NCBI RefSeq assembly: GCF_006345805.1
Contig: NW_021829593.1
Location: 1-32,533 of the forward strand
DNA: 32,533 bases
From: Octopus sinensis
Lineage: Eukaryota
Direction of reading: 5' to 3'
Each line of letters begins with the position of its first letter. Positions within the stretch are counted from its first letter, which is position 1. The notes below the pieces were generated by a model. That model did not search any database. It saw only the letters and a program-made list of their open reading frames with translations, and was not told where the DNA came from. Position numbers and translations under genes: made by a program. Of this stretch, positions 1-10,130 are shown piece by piece.

Positions 1-157
1 ACACATACATTCATACATAGATACATACATTCATACATACATACATTCATACATCATACAACATACATACATACATACATACATACTACTACATACATAC
101 ATACATACATACTACTACAACAACACTAATACATACATACATACATACATACATACA
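1..157. repeat. (TACA)n microsatellite, probable 3' tail of the adjacent minus-strand retroposon
   Basis: Imperfect acat/taca tetramer run abutting the element at 158. Confidence 0.9.
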
Positions 158-661
158 TGGTGGCTGCCCCCTCGTTATCGAGTATGGTCATTGCACGAAG
201 CTTAATCAATGTTGTTATCGTGCAATGCCTGCGCAAGAAGATTTTTTTTTAAAGTGAGGAAAGGCTGTGCACTGAGTCAATCCCACTCACTAAGCAACAG
301 CAGCCATGATCCGAAAACAAAACAAGTCAACATCATCGGTAACCACTGAGCCGCAGGTTTTATGTCGGAGTTATCCCAGTTACCTGAGTTGCCTTCTCCT
401 AGAAGGACGCCCTAACAAAGGCTGGGAGTCCTTCACTCCCAATGGTTTAACCGCGCAATCGGGTATTAAGTCCGATTATTTCTATGTCCCCACGCATGAT
501 GCAGCCTTAAGGCATTTATTGGATGGCTGTTGATTCTCGAGAGTTCCTCCGCCCTTTGACAGGTTTTGTTTTTAATCCCGCAGGGTGTCCAATAAACACC
601 CTCCTCTCCAAGCAAGCTTGGTGGGGTTGCTGGTTTAGTCGCCGACGACCCGACCATGCAA
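158..661 (-). mobile_element. Non-autonomous retroposon 'element D' with (TGTA)n tail and no tRNA head
   Basis: 165-545 is the reverse complement of 13151-13526. Both copies end in cgataacgag(a)ggg..gcc followed by (TGTA)n. The internal motif ttctaggagaaggcaactc resembles RTE 5' UTR motifs (inference). Confidence 0.7.
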
Positions 662-701
662 CATATATACATATATACATACCCTATTGATGTTGCTGAA
701 A

Positions 702-745
702 TTCCGATGAAGGAGCCTGAAATCTAGGTTAGAAACCGGCTCTTT
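702..745 (+). ncRNA. Degenerate hammerhead-like motif (Penelope-like relic)
   Basis: CCGATGA (U4C) - agcct/aggtt stem II - GAAAC-CGG-CTC. Stem I is not convincing. Confidence 0.3.
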
Positions 746-835
746 CTTTATTGGCAAGAAATCTTGAAATAAAACTGAATAATGACACACACACACACAC
801 ACATATTAAAAGAAATTAAGTTAATGTCCAGTCAC

Positions 836-897
836 AAAGTGACTAATGGTTTCGTATCCACAAAGGCCTTAGCCTACCGGACATCTCCTCAGACTCT
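836..897 (-). ncRNA. Type I hammerhead ribozyme with intact core
   Basis: Minus strand: AGAGT (stem I) CTGAGGA, stem II g(a)tgtcc...ggatac with inner aggc-taag-gcct, GAAA, stem III ACCA-t-TAGT (one mismatch), GUC cleavage triplet, ACTTT (stem I'). Confidence 0.7.
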
Positions 898-930
898 AAA
901 ACCTAAGGCAAATATAATTCTTCTCCTCTT

Positions 931-980
931 GAGTCTCACGAGACACCCACCTTTTGTGGATGCGAAACCATTGGTCACTC
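931..980 (+). ncRNA. Type I hammerhead ribozyme, G5C variant (probably inactive)
   Basis: GAGT CTCACGA gacacccac-ctttt-gtggatgc GAAA CCA-t-TGGT C^ ACTC. Stems I, II and III all pair; the core has one substitution. Confidence 0.6.
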
Positions 981-1056
981 TAAGACCGGACATAGACATT
1001 TCTACTTAAATAAATTGCTGCTCAACGCTTTATGTTGGATATATGACACATTGACG

Positions 1057-1088
<32 letters not shown>

Positions 1089-1119
1089 CTTCCCTTCTTT
1101 GGATCTTTCCTTCTCCTAT

Positions 1120-1154
1120 GTTTCCGACGAAGAGCTTCGCTCGAAACGTTAAAC
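1120..1154 (+). ncRNA. Minimal hammerhead of Penelope-like type, U4C variant
   Basis: GTTT CCGACGA a GAGC-ttc-GCTC GAAAC GTT^ AAAC, with a loopless palindromic stem III (AACGTT). Confidence 0.65.
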
Positions 1155-1251
1155 CCTCCTTCTTCCCTTCCTTCCTTGTTCCACGTCTTTGCGTTGTTGT
1201 GTTTTCTCTTTGTGTTTTCATGTTTGGATTAACTTTATATATATATATATA

Positions 1252-1299
<48 letters not shown>

Positions 1300-1344
1300 T
1301 ACGTATGTATGTATGTATGTATGAATGTATGTATGTATGTATGT

Positions 1345-1632
1345 GTGAGGTCATTGCCAGTGCTGCTGGACTGGCTCCCGTGCAGTTGGCACATAAAAAA
1401 ACACCATTCGATCGTGGCCCTTGCCAGTACTGCCTAACTGGCCCTCGTGCCACTGGCACGAAAAAGCACCCACTACACTCCCGGAGTGGTTGGCGTTAGG
1501 AAGGGCATCCAGCTGTAGAAACTCTGCCAGATCAAATTGGAGCCTGGTGCAGCCATCTGGTCCGCCAACCCTCAGTCAAACTGCCCAACCCTTGCCAGCA
1601 TGGAAAGCGGACGTTAAACGATGATGATGATG
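1345..1632 (+). mobile_element. 5'-truncated RTE LINE 3' UTR (or RTE-tailed SINE) with (GAT)n tail
   Basis: ggagtggttggcgttaggaagggcatccagctgtagaaac...catggaaagcggacgttaaacgatgatgatg. The same sequence follows the RTE ORF end at 2362-2950. Confidence 0.85.
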
Positions 1633-1806
1633 ATATGTATGTATGCATGTATATATGTATGTATGTATGTATATGTGTGTGTATATAAATATATGTATGT
1701 ATGTATGTGTGTATGTATATATATGTGTGTGTGTGTATATATATATGTACATATATATATGTATGTATGTATTATGTATGTATATATGTGTGTGTGTGTG
1801 TGTGAG

Positions 1807-1839
<33 letters not shown>

Positions 1840-2107
1840 GTGTGTGTATATATATATATGTATGTGTATATGTATATATATATATGTGTGTGTGGGTATA
1901 TATATATGTACATATATATATGTATGTATGTATATATATATATATGTGTGTGAGTATATATATATACATGTATGTATGTTGTATGTATGTATGTATGTAT
2001 GTATGTATGTATGTATGTGTGTGCGTGTGTGTGTGTATATATATGTACATATATATATGTATGTATGTATTATGTATGTTATATGTGTGTGTGTGTGTGT
2101 GTGTGAG

Positions 2108-2140
<33 letters not shown>

Positions 2141-2361
2141 GTGTGTGTATATATATATATGTATGTGTATATGTATATATATATATGTGTGTGTGGGTAT
2201 ATATATATGTACATATATATATGTATGTATGTATATATATATATATGTGTGTGAGTATATATATATACATGTATGTATGTATGTATGTATGTATGTATGT
2301 ATGTATGTATGTATGTATGTATGTGTGTGCGTGTGTGTGTGTATATATGTATATATATATA
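1633..2361. repeat. Compound (TA)n/(TG)n/(TGTA)n microsatellite containing an about 300 bp tandem duplication
   Basis: The block atatatgtacatatatatatgtatgtatgtattatgtatg occurs at about 1741 and about 2040, and gggtatatatatatgtac recurs with the same spacing. Confidence 0.85.
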
Positions 2362-3965
2362 TCATCATCTTCATCATCATCGTTTAACGCCCGCTTTCCA
2401 TGCTAGCATGGGTTGGACGATTTGACTGATGTCTGGTGAACCAGATGTTTGCACCAGGCTCCAATCTGATCTGGCAGAGTTTCTACAGCTGGATGCCCTT
2501 CCTAATACCAACCACTCCGAGAGTGTAATGGGTGCTTTTACGTGCCACCAACACGAGGGCTAGTCAGGTGGTACTGGCAACAGCCATGCTCAAATGATGT
2601 TTTTTACATGCAACCTGCACAGGAGCCAGTCCAGCGGCACTGGCAATGACCTCACTCGAATGTTTTTCACGTGTCACCAGCACAAGTGCCAGTAAGGCAA
2701 CGCAGGTAACGATGACGCTCAAATGGTGCCTTTTACGTGCCACCAGCATGGAAGCCAGTTTGTTGCTCTGGCAATCATCATACTCGGATGGTACTCTTAG
2801 CACCCCTCTAGCACAGATGCCAGTCATCGAATTTGATTTTGATTTCGATTTCACTTGCCTCGACAGGTCTTTGCAAGCAGAGTTTAGTGTCCAATGAAGG
2901 AAAGGTACGCATAAATGGGCTGGTTACACCCCTGGCATTGGCCACGATGTTATGGTCTCCCTTGATTTGCTGAGTCTTCTCAAGCACAGCATATTTCCAA
3001 AGGTCCCGGTCACTAGTCATTTGTTTGCCTCGGTGAGGCCCAGTGATCGAAGGTCATGCTTCACCACTTCATCCCAGGTCTTCCTGGGTTTTCCTCTTCC
3101 ACAGGTTCCCTCAACCCCTAGGGTGTGGCACTACATGATCATACCAGTGCAGTTATCTCTCTTGCACCCCATATCTGATGCTTATTAAGTCCAACTTTTC
3201 TCTCAAGGTACTTATACTCTGTCCAGTATGTATCTGTCTTCTCTTTTCACTCCGTCGGTTACGACGATGAGGGTTCCGGTTGATCCGAATCAACGGAACA
3301 GCCTGCTCGTGAAATTAACGTGTAAGTGGCTGAGCACTCCACAGACACGTGCACCCTTAACGTAGTTCTCGGGGATATTCAGCGTGACACAGAGAGTGAC
3401 AAGGCCGGCCCCTTGAAATACAGGTACAACAGAAACAGGAAGTAAGAGTGAGAGAAAGTTGTGGTGAAAGAGTACAGCAGGGATCACCACCATCCCTTGC
3501 CGGAGCCTCGTGGAGCTTTTAGGTGTTTTTGCTCAATAAACACTCACAACGTCCGGTCTGGGAATCGAAACCGCGATCCTATGACCGCGAGTCCGCTGCT
3601 CTAACCACTGGGCCATTGTGCCTTCACGTCCAGTATGTACACTGACATTACACATCCAGTGGAGCATACAGGCTTCATTCCTTGCGAGCTTACGCATGTC
3701 CTCAGCAGTCACGGCCCACGTTTCACTGCCATGTAGCATGGCTGTTCATACACGTGTGTCATACAGTCTACCTTTTACTCTGAGCGAGAGGCCCTTTGTC
3801 ACCAGCAGAGATAAGAGCTCTCTGAACTTTGCCCAGGCTATTCTTATTCTAGCAGCTATACTTTCAGCACACCCTCCCCCGCTACTGACTTGGTAACCTA
3901 GGTAACGGAAGCTAACAACTACTTCTAGGTTTTCTCCCTGGAATGTGGTAGAAGTTGTTCTCTGC
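2362..3965 (-). mobile_element. RTE-clade LINE, 3' part (post-RT region, C-terminus, 3' UTR, GAT tail), decayed and interrupted by a SINE
   Basis: Minus-strand peptides SFRYLGYQV...RIRIAWAKFRELL...KGRLYDTRV*TAMLHGSETW (one frame, one premature stop) and GTCGRGKPRKTWDEVVKHDLRSLGLTE, then the 3' UTR ending in (GAT)n. Confidence 0.9.
3233..3627 (-). mobile_element. Full-length tRNA-derived SINE (third family) with 12 bp target-site duplication
   Basis: Minus-strand head has A-box tggcccagtggttag and B-box ggtttcgattccc. It is flanked by gtccagtatgta at 3221-3232 and 3628-3639. A second head fragment lies at 14214-14388. Confidence 0.9.
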
Positions 3966-4109
3966 ACATTTTCAGTGTTTATTGCTCCCGAGCATCTGCC
4001 ACATATAAAAACTATCTTCCCCTTTAGCCTTCCTTTGATATTACTGCACCTCTTATGTGTCCATAGCTTACAATGGGTACATCTTTGCCATTACATGTAT
4101 ATATATATG

Positions 4110-4310
4110 CTCGGAATGGTCAGAGTCATTGCCTCGGTGAGGCCCAGTGATCAAAGGTCATGCTTCACCACTTCATCCCAGGTCTTCCTGGGTCTACCTC
4201 TTCCACAGGTTCCATCAACCGCTAGGGTGTGGTACTTTTTCTCACAGCTACCCACATCCATTCTCGCCACATGACCATACCAGTGCCTCCGCCTCTACTA
4301 CAGATTAGGC
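4110..4310 (-). mobile_element. Second RTE LINE C-terminal fragment
   Basis: Minus strand encodes RRRHWYGHVARMDVGSCEKKYHTLAVDGTCGRGRPRKTWDEVVKHDLRSLGLTEAMT, which carries the RTE WxGHVxRM motif. Confidence 0.9.
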
Positions 4311-4563
4311 AGGGCCATCTACCTGAAAGGATTTGTGGTTTGCCTGCCTTCCTACTTATTAGGACTTTGGTTTTGGCTAGGTAGACTCTAAGGCCCTTCG
4401 ATTCTAATCCTTGTTTTCACGCCTGAAACTTCCCTAGTTTTGATACTGATTCAGCAATTAGAGCAAGGGCATCAGTATGGTGGAACACCCAGGGGCATCC
4501 TGTCTTACGTATAGATATATGTACATATACATATGTATATATGCATATATATATATATATATA

Positions 4564-4944
4564 GGCGCAGGAGTGGCTGTGTGGTAAGTAGCTTGCTTAC
4601 CAGCCACTTGGTTCTGGGTTTAGTTCCACTGCGTGGCACCTTGAGCAAGTGTCTTCTACTATAGCCTTGGGCCGACCAAAGCCTTGTGAGTGGATTTGGT
4701 AGACGGAAACTGAAAGAAGCCCGTCGTATATATGTATATATATGTGTGCGTGTATGTTTGTGTTTGTCCCTCTAGCATTGCTTGACAACCGATGCTGGTG
4801 TGTTTATGTCCCTGTCACTTAGTGGTTCAGCAAAAGAGACCGACAGAATAAGTACTAGGCTTACAAAGAATAAGTCCCGGGGTCGAGTTGCTCGACTAAA
4901 GGCGGTGCTCCAGCATGGCCACAATCAAATGACTGAAACAAAAG
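4564..4944 (+). mobile_element. SINE-A (tRNA-headed, internal (TA/TG)n), near full length
   Basis: ggcgcaggagtggctgtgtggtaag (A-box), gggtttagttcc (B-box), CORE-like ccttgagcaagtg, tail ggcggtgctccagcatggcc...gactgaaaca. It resembles described octopus tRNA-derived SINEs, but the family name is not confirmed. Confidence 0.9.
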
Positions 4945-5024
4945 TTCCCGCAAGCCCATATGTAAAAAAAAAAAAAAAATTTTACGGAAATCGACGGAAA
5001 GGTCTACTAGAGACGAAAGATCGC

Positions 5025-5085
5025 CAATTTATCAACCCCGAGAAGAAGATGAAAGCAAAGTCGACCTCGGAGGAATTTGAACTTA
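5025..5085 (-). mobile_element. SINE-B fragment
   Basis: Reverse complement of agttcaaattcc..gaggtcgactttgctttcatc..ggggttgataaatt, matching 26535-27680. Confidence 0.7.
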
Positions 5086-5201
5086 AACGAGAGACGTGGG
5101 GGGCCTTTATACTTCCAAGTGGGTTTTGCAATCATGATGCAGAAGCGAAATAACTATTAGAGGTAAGGGAGATAATTGTAACCAATTTACAAGGGAGATA
5201 A

Positions 5202-5627
5202 CTCTTTACTCTTTTACTCTTTTACGTGTTTCAGTCATTTGGCTGCGGCCATGCTGGAGCGCACCGCCTTTAGTCGAGCAACTCGACGCCGGGACTTATT
5301 CTTTGTAAGCCCATACTTATTCTATCGGTCTCTTTTGCCGAACCGCTAAAAGTAACGGGGACGTAAAACACAGCATCGGCATCGGTTGTCAAGCAATGCT
5401 AGGGGGACAAACACAGACGCACAAACATATACACACACACTGTATATTATATAAATACATATATACGACGGACTCTTTCAGTTTCTGTCTACCAAATCCT
5501 CTCACAAGGCATTGGTCGGCCCGGGGCTATAGCAGAAGACACTTGCCCAAGATGCCACGCAGTGGGACTGAACCCGGAACCATGTGGTTGGTTAGCAAGC
5601 TACTTACCACACAGCCACTCCTGCGCC
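5202..5627 (-). mobile_element. SINE-A, full length
   Basis: Reverse complement of the 4564 and 8301 copies, from head (ggcgcaggagtgg) to the (GAGTAAAA)n tail. Confidence 0.92.
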
Positions 5628-5666
5628 ACTATCTGGCTTTATAATATTTTCTACTATGGGCACTGG

Positions 5667-5770
5667 GCCTATCGACCCTGAAAGGATGAAAGGCTAAGTT
5701 GACTTCGGCGGAATTTGAACATAAAAACGGACGAAATATCAATACGCATTTTTTCCGGCATGCTAACGTT
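5667..5770 (-). mobile_element. SINE-B 5' fragment
   Basis: atcgaccctgaaaggatgaaaggctaagttgacttcggcggaatttgaac...gctaacgtt is the reverse complement of the SINE-B head and central domain. Confidence 0.75.
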
Positions 5771-5822
5771 CTCAGAAGCTTTCTGTTTTCTCTCTTTTCA
5801 CCTTCTTTGATAGTCTAAGATT

Positions 5823-6950
5823 CTTTTCTTTACTTGTTTCGGTCATCTGACTACAGCCATGCTGGAGCACTGCCTTCTAATCGAAGAAATCGACCCCAGA
5901 ACTTATTCTTTGTAAGCCTAGTACTTATTCTGTCGGTCTCTTTTACTTGTTTCAGTCATTTGACTGTGGCCATGCTGGAGCACCGCCTTTAGTCGAGCAA
6001 ATCGACCCCAGCACTTATTCTTTGTAAGCCTAGTACTTATTCTATCGGTCTCTTTTACTTGTTTCAGTCATTTGACTGTGGCCATGCTGGAGCACCGCCT
6101 TTAGTCGAGCAAATCGACCCCAGCACTTATTCTTTGTAAGCCTAGTACTTATTCTATCGGTCTCTTTTACTTGTTCAGTCATTTGACTGTGGCCATGCTG
6201 GAGCACCGCCTTTAGTCGAGCAAATCGACCCCAGCACTTATTCTTTGTAAGCCCCAGTACTATTCTATCGGTCTCTTTTACTTGTTTCAGTCATTTGACT
6301 GTGGCATGCTGGAGCACCGCCTTTAGTCGAGCAAATCGACCCCAGCACTTATTCTTTGTAAGCCTAGTACTTATTCTATCGGTCTCTTTTACTTGTTTCA
6401 GTCATTTGACTGTGGCCATGCTGGAGCACCGCCTTTAGTCGAGCAAATCGACCCCAGCACTTATTCTTTGTAAGCCCAGTACTTATTCTATCGGTCTCTT
6501 TTACTTGTTTCAGTCATTTGAGTGGCCATGCTGGAGCACCACCTTAGTCGAGCAAATCGACCCCAGCACTTATTCTTTGTAAGCCCAGTACTTATTCTAT
6601 CGGTCTCTTTTACTTGTTTCAGTCATTTGACTGTGGCCATGCTGGAGCACCACCTTTAGTCGAGCAAATCGACCCCAGCACTTATTCTTTGTAAGCCCAG
6701 TACTTATTCTATCGGTCTCTTTTACTTGTTTCAGTCATTTGACTGTGGCCATGCTGGAGCACCACCTTTAGTCGAGCAAATCGACCCCAGCACTTATTCT
6801 TTGTGAGCCCAGTACTTATTCTATCGGCCTCTTTTACTTGTTTCAGTCATTTGACTGTGGCCATGCTGGAGCACCACCTTTAGTCGAGCAAATCAACCCC
6901 AGCACTTATTCTTTGTAAGCCTGGTACTTATTCTGTCGGTATCTTTTTGC
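5823..6950 (-). repeat. Tandem array of about 10 x 112 bp units of the SINE-A 3' end
   Basis: Unit ttttacttgtttcagtcatttgactgtggccatgctggagcaccgcctttagtcgagcaaatcgaccccagcacttattctttgtaagcc(c/t)agtacttattctatcggtctc starts at 5941, 6053, 6165, 6276 and so on. Confidence 0.97.
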
Positions 6951-7045
6951 CGAACCGCTAAGTTACAGGGACAGAAACACATCAACATAAGTTGTCAAGC
7001 GATGGTGGTGGAGACGAATACAGGCACAAACATACATACATATAC

Positions 7046-7086
<41 letters not shown>

Positions 7087-7087
<1 letters not shown>

Positions 7088-7252
7088 GCACAGGAGTAGC
7101 TGTGTGGTAAGTAGCTTGCTTACGAACCTCATGGTTCCGGGTTCAGTCCCACTGCGTGGCATCTTGGGCAAATGTCTTCTACTATAGCCTCAAGCCGACC
7201 AGAGCCTTGTGAGTAGATTTGGTAGACGGAAACTGAAAGAAGCCCATCGTAT
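7087..7252 (+). mobile_element. SINE-A 5' half in the opposite orientation, within the (TA)n of the host copy
   Basis: gggcacaggagtagctgtgtggtaag...ctgaaagaagcccatcgta. Confidence 0.9.
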
Positions 7253-7939
7253 GTGTATATATTATATATATATATGACAGGCTTCTTTCAGTTTCTTTCT
7301 ACCAAATCCACTCACAAGGCTTTGGTCGGCCTGAGGCTATAGTAGAAGAGACTTGCCCAAGGTCCCACGCAGTGGGACTGAACCCGGAACCATGTGGTTC
7401 GTCAGCAATCTACTTACCACACAGCCACACCTGCACCTATGGTGATTAATCCACATCTTTCTTAGTAAAGAAAGATTAATTTCCTTCTTTTTGTCTTTTC
7501 CTTAATAAAAAGAATGAGGGTAAGAAAGAGAGGAAGAAGTAAAGAAACAAAGAAAGAAAGGATTGAAATAATAATTTTTTTTTATTAAATAAACAAAAAA
7601 AAATACAAACCAAAACAATTTTGATTGTCAATTAAAATCCACCAATGAACCAAAAAAAAAACATAGAAAAGAACAAAAAACATTTGACCCTTATTTAACG
7701 AGTGGACATCATTAAAAAAAAAAGGGACACTGCTTCGTCAAAGATTAAATGTTGGATTGTCAAAATTTGGCGAGGTTGTAATTATCTGAACTAATTAACC
7801 TCATCTTTAGAGATAGAAAAAAAAAAATAATAAATAAATAAAAGAAATAAAGAAATAAATAAAAGAAAGAAATACATCAATTTGGCAGAGCTGGTAGAGC
7901 GTCAAACAGAATGCTTTGTGATGTTTATTCCAAATCTCT

Positions 7940-8250
7940 ACAACATACATACATACATACATACATACATTACATACATAATACATAAATACATACATAC
8001 ATACATACATACACTACATACATACATACATAATACATACATACATACATACATACATACATACATACAACATACATACATACATACATACATACATACA
8101 TACCTACATACCTAATACATACATACATACATACATACATACATACATACATACATAACATACATACATACATACATACATACATACATACATACATACA
8201 TACATACTACATACATACATACTACATACATACATACATACATACATACA
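7940..8250. repeat. (TACA)n microsatellite
   Basis: Direct reading. Confidence 0.95.
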
Positions 8251-8300
8251 ATATATATATATAATATATATATATACATTTTTTTATATACATATACATA

Positions 8301-8709
8301 GGTGCAGGAGTGGCTGTGTGATAAGTAGCTTGCTAACCAACCACATGGTTCCGGGTTCAGTCCCTCTGCGTGGCATCTTGGGCAAGTGTCTTCTGCTATA
8401 GCCCCGGGCCGACCAATGCCTTGTGAGTGGATTTGGTAGACGGAAACTGAAAGAAGCCTGTTGTATATATGTATATATATGTATATATATGTGTGTGTGT
8501 GTTTGTGTGTCTGCATCTTGACAACCGATGCTGGTGTGTTTACATCCCCGTCACTTAGCGGTTCGGCAAAAGAGACCGATAGAATAAGTACTGGGCTTAC
8601 AAAGAATAAGTCCCGGGGTCGATTTGCTCGACTAAAGGCGGTGCTCCAGCATGGCCGCAGTCAAATGACTGAAACAAGTAAAAGAGTAAAAGAGTAAAAG
8701 AGAGTAAGA
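8301..8709 (+). mobile_element. SINE-A, full length
   Basis: Head ggtgcaggagtggctgtgtg, B-box gggttcagtccc, tail (gagtaaaa)n. Confidence 0.95.
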
Positions 8710-8870
8710 GTATATCGAGTGAAGAAACGGTATGGACGATTTGTTTTGGAGTCTCGCAGTGCCATGGTACGCCTTTGAGGATTTACTTTCCCAATGAAAC
8801 TCGGTTTTTTCTCAAACTTTTTCTCAAACCTGTTATAATATAGTACATGTCTTTGATGGGGTATTTGTAC

Positions 8871-8963
8871 GCGGCTGAAGAAGGCTTTTGATCTATCTTT
8901 TATAACAATTATGCATTGATATAAGAATAAGTTGTTCAATAAAGCCCGAAACATATGTACCGC
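8871..8963 (+). ncRNA. Type I hammerhead ribozyme with intact core and long stem II insert
   Basis: GCGG CTGAAGA a-GGCTTT...(about 50 nt)...AAAGCC-c GAAA CAT ATGT A^ CCGC. Stem III is the palindrome ACATATGT and the cleavage triplet is GUA. Confidence 0.75.
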
Positions 8964-9116
8964 AAAACCCTTTGCGTCTTGTTTTTCTTTTGATACATAT
9001 ATATATAAGTATATATATATATACATTAATTCATATATATATAAATTTATATATTAATATATATATAGAGAGAGAGACATTAATATATCTATATATATAT
9101 ATATATATATATCAGT

Positions 9117-9188
9117 CTCTTTGCCAAATCACCAAGTTACAGGGACAAAAACACAACAAAAATGGTTGTCAAGTGGTAGTAAGGGACA

Positions 9189-9258
<70 letters not shown>

Positions 9259-9414
9259 TACACAATGTGCTTCGTTCAGTTTCCATCTACCCAATCCACT
9301 CACAAGGCTTTGGTCAACTTAAGGACATAGTAGAAGACATTTGCACAAGGTGCCATGCAGTGGGACTGAACCCAGAACCATGGGGTTGGGAAGCAAACCT
9401 CTTACCACACAACC
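9117..9414 (-). mobile_element. Diverged SINE-A
   Basis: cactcacaaggctttggtc...gcagtgggactgaaccc...cttaccacac. Confidence 0.8.
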
Positions 9415-9574
9415 ATATATATATATATATATATATAAATACACATATACATAAATATACATATACATAAATACATACACACACACAAACACACACATAA
9501 GACAAAGTGAACAATTCAGAAAATTATTTTAATCTTATCATCAAACAGTATTTTAGTTCTGGGGTGGCCCTGAT

Positions 9575-9645
9575 TGAAAGGGGACAGTAGGGGTGAGGGG
9601 AGGGGGCTGGGTGGTGTGAGGAGTGGTGGGTGTGGGGGCTGGGAG
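9575..9645 (+). other. G-run cluster with G-quadruplex potential
   Basis: GGGG acagta GGGG tga GGGG a GGGGG ct GGG...GGG tgt GGGGG ct GGG. Confidence 0.5.
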
Positions 9646-10092
9646 GTCTGGCAAGGGTTAGCAGCGTAAAAATGGAAGTGGGGTATGGCGTGGTGTGGAA
9701 TGGCGCGGGGGGCTGGCAATAAGAATGGAACATGGTTCTGGAGATCTGTAAAAGACAGAGGAAAATTTGCAAGCAACAGACCCGAACAAATTGTGTGTGA
9801 GTGCCAGGGATAGGATGGAGGGCGTAAGAGGGAGCAGGGGATGGGGCAGAAAGCGGTGGAAGTTGAGGCCAGAGGTATTAATTTTAAAAAAAAATTTTTT
9901 TTTTTTTCAATTTTACTTTTTTTTTTTTATCAATATTTTCTTTTTTGTTTTGTTTTATTTATTTATTAATTTTTATTTTAAAAAATTGGTTTTTCAGAAT
10001 TTAAGCATCAACCCAGGCATCGAAAGTGCTCTTCGGCGTGGCCGGAAAAACTCGACAACCTGAAAAGACAAAAAGAAAAAAAAAAGTGATTA

Positions 10093-10130
<38 letters not shown>

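Larger units (their letters stand above)
5823..7438 (-). mobile_element. SINE-A host copy: amplified tail (5823-6950), body (6950-7045), head (7277-7438)
   Basis: The array continues into gccgaaccgctaag...gttgtcaagc. The head ends cacacctgcacc at about 7438. Confidence 0.75.

Noticed and set aside
620-662. HDV-like ribozyme at the 5' end of element D (P4-like hairpin followed by CTAA)
   Set aside because: It folds as a simple nested hairpin; P1, P3 and P1.1 are absent.
1576-2387. Long ORFs of up to 212 aa on both strands
   Set aside because: They are translations of (TA)n/(TG)n/(TGTA)n repeats (Y/I/H/T/M/C/V only). The same applies to the ORFs at 7.8-8.5, 14.5, 20.5-21.7, 24.1-25.0, 25.9-26.2, 28.2-28.6 and 30.0 kb.
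3196-3208. 13 nt match (cttgagagaaaag) between the RTE fragment and the 144 bp satellite spacer
   Set aside because: Too short and low in complexity to infer origin.
4988-5025. gtct-actag-agac-GAAA-gatcg as a hammerhead relic
   Set aside because: The upstream core (cgacggaaag) is too far from CUGANGA to support a call.
8661-9026. 121 aa minus-strand ORF
   Set aside because: It starts in a microsatellite, ends in a SINE tail, lies antisense to the hammerhead-bearing block and has no recognisable motif.
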